Assembly: GCA_012295275.1 (NCBI GenBank)
Contig: CM022665.1
Location: 12,090,001-12,154,000, forward strand
Origin: Chrysomallon squamiferum
Taxonomy: Eukaryota; Animalia; Mollusca
Length of the DNA: 64,000 nucleotides
Direction: 5' to 3'
A program made the position numbers and the translations under genes. The notes beneath the pieces were generated by a model. The model had not been told where the DNA came from. It saw only the letters and a program-made list of their open reading frames with translations, and did no database searches. Below are positions 57,405 through 64,000 of this stretch, in pieces (position 1 is the stretch's first letter; every line of letters starts with the position of its first letter).

Positions 57405-58753
57405 TTGCTCGAGTAATTACACGTGCTGCTTTCTTAGCAGCCGCTAAGCGCCTTACACACGCTTTGTAATTAAATACAGAGTTCTGATTATACAGTCTTG
57501 ACAGTAATCCACAATTTCTGCAGTTACGAAAAAGGTAACAAAAATTCGGTCGATACTTCATTTAAAAGGCCGGCTGTGCAGTGGCCTTGATGATGACGAC
57601 GGAATAAAACTCAGAAGTGTGTGTGTGTGTGTCCAAGAATTGTACTTGTAATGCAAAAGCGTAATCGTCCTGCTCTCTAAAATACCGGCCTATTGAATTT
57701 GTGCTGCTAGTTGGTGGATTAAACAAATGATGATAATCTCTAATCATCCATATCCTTTCGTCGTTGTCAGTCTTTCATTGTCTAAAGCATTATCTGTGGT
57801 TGTGCTTAGCTAGCGCATGTGAAATGAACTGTTTTAATGTCATCTTGAAAAGTTCACGCGTTATGTAATCCGTACACTAGTTGGTATGTGGCAAAGCAGT
57901 TATGTTTATTAATACATAAAAGTATCGCTTAAGAAAATATGTAACATGTAGTCTGCATAAATATACTTTTTTTTTTTTTCTCTCGTCTTTGTATCCATTA
58001 CGCAACCTTTTTAAAAAATGGATGTACACGCATACATATACACAACCCTATCTATCTTCAAAGTACACATGAATAAACATTTGCATAGAGAGTTCCTGAC
58101 TAACTTAAAATCAAAATTTAGTTCTTTAAAATATTTTCTGGCATTATATTTTTACTTATTTCACTTTAATTCAGTTACACAGGAAAATCCAAACTGGTCT
58201 TATGGTAAACACTGTCTGACCTGTATAATAAATCATAAATTATTATTTGCCAAGACTCGGAACAAGCTGGTTCGTGGGTACTTAACGTAACAACCTTGGC
58301 AAGGCATGAACAGTATTGGCCTCATTATAATACGCTTTTATTGGATCGTGTCGGAATTGAGACAAATGGCGAAAATCCGTCACCGATTTTTGAATCTGGA
58401 CTGCAAATTTATGTGACAGAACTCATGATATTTTATAAACCGGTAGATTAGAAAGTAACAAACAAATATAGTTAATAAAAGGATAATTATTGTATATATA
58501 ATTTTTTGTTGTTGTTGTTTAGTAAAGCAAGAATAAGAAATTTTAATTTCTGGTCCCTTTTTTAGTTTTTTTGTCTTCCAAAACGTTGAACTAAAGCAAA
58601 AACGTATTAAACCACGTCTAAATCCTAGCCGGCGGTCTTTGCTTTTTGACTTTCTTTCAGATTAGCCATATTTAATTATGCTACGATTCTGTTCCTTCTA
58701 CAAAACAAAAAATTTAAAAAAATACAAAAAAACCCTCCATTTTGTATTCTTAC

Positions 58754-59060
58754 CTTATTACTGTGAAAAACCAAAGCTCTCTGCCATGAAATAATCACCT
58801 CGGTGTTTCACAGGTTGGCCAGCGCATGTGCGAATGAAAAGGCGACATATCGGTGTGTGCGAATATTCCAAAACGTGCATTTCGCATGCCGTGTGCGCGT
58901 ACTTCCATGTCTCCAGATTATGTCAGTTGTTTATAGGTATTGATCGTGAAATCGGGAATTAAGCATTTCCCTTGACCTTCCCCCGGCCTTGACCGACGTC
59001 AGCGCTGCAGTCCAAGGCCCGATCGCTTTGCGAGAAAGTTGTAAACAATGTGAGGAGACG
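58754..59060 (-). promoter_or_regulatory. GC-richer island: candidate promoter plus non-coding first exon of the minus-strand gene
   Basis: CpG-rich patch with an NRF1-like GCGCATGTGCG (about 58822). It ends at a strong minus-strand donor AAG|GTAAGA (58753). All three frames are closed before the donor. Confidence 0.35.
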
Positions 59061-60043
59061 ACGTTAAAATCTCAACAGTGAACTGAATAGTAAACTCATG
59101 TACAGCTTTGTATCACACAGATTAACACACACACACACACTCAAGTACGCACAAACTGAAACGTGTTTCCAACACATTCAAGAATGAAGAGATCACACTT
59201 AACGGTTACTAAGTGTTTGTGTACCTATTTAACAAGTATGTGACAAAATACCCATTACAGTTTACTGTTATTTATATTTTTTAAACCGTTATCTTCGCCC
59301 CTGGTCATAAAACAATTTTTGTTGTTATTTTTCTTCACCCATATCATATTTTTTTTCACCATTCACTGAATTGTTGTTGTTTTCTTTTTCTCTTGATTAC
59401 AACATTTCCAAAACATATGCAGACAATAAATAAATAAACATCTAGAAACATGATAATACTACTCCTAGTAATAACAATAATAATAACAACAGTAATAAAT
59501 CAACAAATAAATAAAGAAAACAAATATATATATAATTATCAAGTTTAACTTACGTCGAAAAAGATTCTTAAACTATCCATTACAAATCAGGAAACGGGGC
59601 TTTCTATAAGTTTTAAAACTTCAGTCGATGACGATGCGTATGTGTCCAAGAGATGAGAATCACAGTTAATTTCTACGTGTTCGTTACGAGTTTAAATACT
59701 GAGCCAGGTTGTTCAGAAATTAAGACATAAGGAGTAGGGGACGTAACAACTGCTCACGGAAATTTAACATACAAGTAGATGAACACCATTATCCAAAGAT
59801 GAAAACTGTGGTCACGTTAATCAGTAAAACAACAGCGACCCCTACCTGTGTTGTGTGAATGTTTGTACAACAGTTGAATGTTACTGCCGTTTGTTTTTAT
59901 AATTCATAAATTATGCTTATCATATGCAGGACAGCTTGATATTTTGTTTAACTGTATATCACTCATTGTCAACGTGTTAATTTATTTGTTTTGACTGCTA
60001 ACACACTCACTTGGTTGAGATCACACACACACACAGATATTAT

Positions 60044-60085
<42 letters not shown>

Positions 60086-60113
60086 AAGTCCATTATAAAT
60101 GTTTATTTGAAAT

Positions 60114-60165
<52 letters not shown>

Positions 60166-60933
60166 TTTCGCTTTCAAATAAACGCTCAAGTACGCTATAA
60201 TGGATATATAACTCTCTGACTTCGTCTCAGAATTCTGTTCAAAAAGGCAAAGACGTTTTTGGTTAATATCCCTCATCTATAACATGCCATAAGCAGTTTT
60301 ACGGTATATTTATAAGCAAACCAATTAATAAATCTTATAATATATACAAATTACATAAATACAGTAACATATAATTATACCAGTCGTACAATGTTTTCGA
60401 ACCTTTTCAGATTCCAGATAATGGTTGATACTGATTTTGTAAATGATTAGATACTTAGATGAAATCACCAGAATTTCTATTTGTAAAAATGTTTTTAAAA
60501 TAGAACTCATATTTAAACATAGAAATATCGTTTTATTCATTAATATGGACGGTGAGTTTATATATGTTTAAAAAAATATATAGTGTCCAAATTCATTCAT
60601 TTTTTCTCTTCTTCATGTATTGTCTGAATGAATCATTCAAAAACCAGATATGTGTGTTTGTGTGTGCGTATGTATCTATGTATGTATGTTTATATATGTG
60701 TGTGTGTGTGTTTAATTCAGCTGTCACTGATAATCTATAAACTTCTGACATTATATGAATATCTTATCCTAGCAAAAATCATGTAACAGGAAACATGACG
60801 CTATAATAAAAGTAATAGACAGTGTTTCTTATAATACACTACAAAACGAATTTATTTTTTATTTCACTGACCATTTACACCCAGAAGGAGAAAGAACAAT
60901 TGTAGTAATGTAGGGCTCAAAGGACTTTTATAG

Positions 60934-60971
<38 letters not shown>

Positions 60972-61136
60972 CTAAGGATACATATACTATTATTATCAAC
61001 ATCGTTCTCCGGTAATCAAGATTAACGCCTCTACCATCTCTATTCCTTGTCGTCTGGTTAATGCTGACATTTCGTGATCGTAAAAATCAGGTTGACGTTA
61101 AGCTAGGGTTGACCGTTCGTGAATATCACAACCTTA

Positions 61137-61500
61137 ATGTCAAACTCAGGTAGTCACTTCGTGAAGTAGCGTAATGTCACATTCAGCTAGACAAGTAGCG
61201 TAATGTCACATTCAGAAGTAGCTTGCATGATGTCAAACTCAGGTAGTCACTTCGTGAAGTAGCGTAATGTCACATTCAGCTAGACACATTGTGAAGTAGC
61301 TTGCATGATGTCAAACTCAGGTAGTCACTTCGTGAAGTAGCGTAATGTCACATTCAGCTAGACACATTGTGAAGTAGCTTGCATGATGTCAAACTCAGGT
61401 AGACACTTCGTGAAGTAGCGTAATGTCACATTCAGCTAGACACATCGTGAAGCAGTTTGCTTGATGTCAAACTCAGGTAGACACTTCGTGAAGCTAACTA
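61137..61500. repeat. 78-bp tandem repeat built from related 37-bp and 41-bp subunits
   Basis: tgtcaaactcaggtag recurs at 61138, 61231, 61309, 61387 and 61465 (78-bp period; first unit rearranged), alternating with tgtcacattcagctag. The unit has stops in all six frames. Confidence 0.95.
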
Positions 61501-63001
61501 GCTAGATGTCAGCACTTCGTAAATATAGCTAACTTGATGTCAAACGAATATTATTAATTTGGTTTCAGACACAGGCTGACATTTCGTGAATATAACTATC
61601 TTGATATCAAGAGGGTTGAACACCACAAACTTGGTATCAAACACGGGTTGACGGTATATGAATATATAAATAAAGAAACATACCAATACTACTGCTACTA
61701 CTGGTAATAATAATAACAACAACTTGATGTCAAACACAATCAGCTTGGCATGAATATTTTAACGCAATAACACTTCGTGAATTTAAGAAGCTTGATATCA
61801 AACACATGTTGATATCACATGAATTTCACTAGCTTGTCGGCAAGCACAGGATGAGTTTGTAAATATTACTAGGTGCGTGTCAAATGCAGGCTGATATTAC
61901 TTTTTTTTATTAAGTTTCATGGCATAAAAAGAATAATATTAATAAAATAAAAAATCAAGAGTTTTATTGTTTTTTGTGAGAAAGAAAGGAATACAGCACA
62001 AAAATCAGAAAACTCAGTGGGAAAAAAATCATACAGAATTGTTCTGGTTTATCCTCACCCAACCCTATTCCACTATAACACACGTAGAAATGACCATTCT
62101 TTTAACTGCTGTGTACAAACAGCAAGGCACAGAATTACTGTTACAACTAATAGTGCTAACCCAACAACAGGTGGTACACGACACCCGGCACATCTCGCTG
62201 TTAACTGTTGCCACACCGGTCACCTATCACGTGCCACACACTGGTCATTCCGCTTGCACGTTGTTTCTGAAAGGTACTTATGTTTCATGATTGTGGAGTC
62301 TGATTATTTGTCTTTGCTTTCAGTAATATTCTGTTTTTCGTCACAGTTTGGAAGCTATCATGATCATAAGGCACAGAATAAATTAAATTTTATCCCACGT
62401 TTTAAATTTTTCACATCAGATGTGGCATACGGTGTGTTTCTCATTTTCTGTTTACATTTCTCCTTTGATTTTATCTAATTACTTTGACATCATTAGAGAA
62501 CGAAATAATCAACGGATGTTATTAGCTACACAAAGACGTTAAATAAAAAAACCCACTTAATTATCAGACTTGCTCGGTAACAAGAATTCTTGCTATGTAG
62601 CGACGTTTGGCTTAAATACACACGTCTGCGCTCGCGCGCGTGTGTACGTGTGCGCGCATGTCAAATACACACAAATCAGAAGCTTAAATCGGATTTATTT
62701 TGTTTTGCATATTTTTGTCGTTGCTGATGTAAATGCATGTTCGATCGGTTTGGAATTGCGTACCACACGAATATGGTTAACTCGAACAATTCAATCCAAG
62801 TTGATGCGTTAGTGTTTTCTCTTATAGTATTTAAAATTTTTAACCTAATATTATACAAAATTTTCTATGACCCCAAATAATAATAATTATTTTTATTAAT
62901 ATATACTTTCAAATTCAGAAACAAAATCAGTTATAAGAAAAAAAAAAACAAAAAAACATTCAACGAAAAACCTTTATAAAATTGAGCTGTTAATTAATTA
63001 C

Positions 63002-63005
<4 letters not shown>

Positions 63006-63086
<81 letters not shown>
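63006..63086. repeat. (TC)n microsatellite
   Basis: Direct reading. Confidence 0.98.
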
Positions 63087-63088
<2 letters not shown>

Positions 63089-63659
63089 ATATTTCTCTTT
63101 ATACAATATGGGAGAGACTTTAAAAGGCTACTGAAATTGCCAAAATGCACTCTCTCTCTCTCTTTCTCCCCTCTGGCTCTATCTATATTTATATCTCTCT
63201 ATATGTTTATCTATCTATCTATATATAAAACGTAGTAAACAAATGTAAAAAAACAAGAATTGTTAAAGTAAAAGACCAAAGTCCAGACCCCTGGATTACC
63301 GAAAATAACCCGTTTTAGTTGCTGGCATAAAAGAAATAGGTCAATAGAAAATATATTTTGACCTGACCTGGCCTAGATAATATCTAACTGTTATATCCAA
63401 GGTAACAAAAACAACCAAATACCAACAGTACATAGGAACTATCTTTCTGTTAGGCCATTCAGTGGTCCAAAGGTTGTTCACCTTTAAAAATGTGCTAACT
63501 TGACAACATGGTTAAGAAATAAAGTTAATGATTATTATTATTACTGATTCGTCAACATGTTTATATATAAATTAAAAACACACACACACACGACCATGTT
63601 TCTTGCTACTCTATAAATGTTCAATTGTCTGCATGCAGTGATTCAAAAATCCAATGCAT

Positions 63660-63697
<38 letters not shown>

Positions 63698-64000
63698 TTA
63701 AATAATTTTGTCTGAAATTCTAACATATCGTGATGGCTTTACGTAACCAACTGGTAATATGCTCGTGTGAAAAGTGATGGTGTGTATGAACCATTTGCAT
63801 AAACATACATATTTATTTGTCCAAAAAATATGTTTTATGGTACCTAGAATAGTGCATATAAAACATTTTTTTTCTTTTCTTTTTCAATAACCCAGCTCAA
63901 CAAAATGCAGTATAAATGCATTTTGTCTATGGCTGCTTTTAGGAACGCATCAAAATTATCACTTGATAGCATTCTAAACACTGAAACAATTTTAACTGGA

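Noticed and set aside
61137-61500. CRISPR-like appearance of the regularly spaced repeats
   Set aside because: Intervening sequences are repeats themselves, not unique spacers. There are no cas genes and the context is eukaryotic.

Overview
This is AT-rich, microsatellite-dense eukaryotic (animal) genomic DNA. Its composition resembles lophotrochozoan/molluscan genomes, but that is inference only. Nearly all ORFs in the supplied track are translations of simple repeats. One gene is well supported: a + strand stum/SPEC3-family membrane protein in three coding exons (11762-12014, 43046-43228, 43605-44092; 307 aa), with a 31,031-bp first intron and a long C-terminal tail. A second, unrecognised spliced gene is probable on the - strand (about 56096-54262). 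It would encode a small single-pass membrane protein, possibly with alternative last exons, and lies convergent with the stum-like gene. Other signals are: an orphan promoter-motif cluster at about 6300; a TATA/Inr-flanked GC-rich hairpin inside intron 1; a 138-bp near-perfect duplication next to CRE/AP-1 sites; two minisatellites with dimeric higher-order structure; and tRNA-derived fragments. I see no CRISPR array, rRNA, intact tRNA or transposase/RT ORF. I cannot support a claim of a new biological system from this sequence; the findings are leads.
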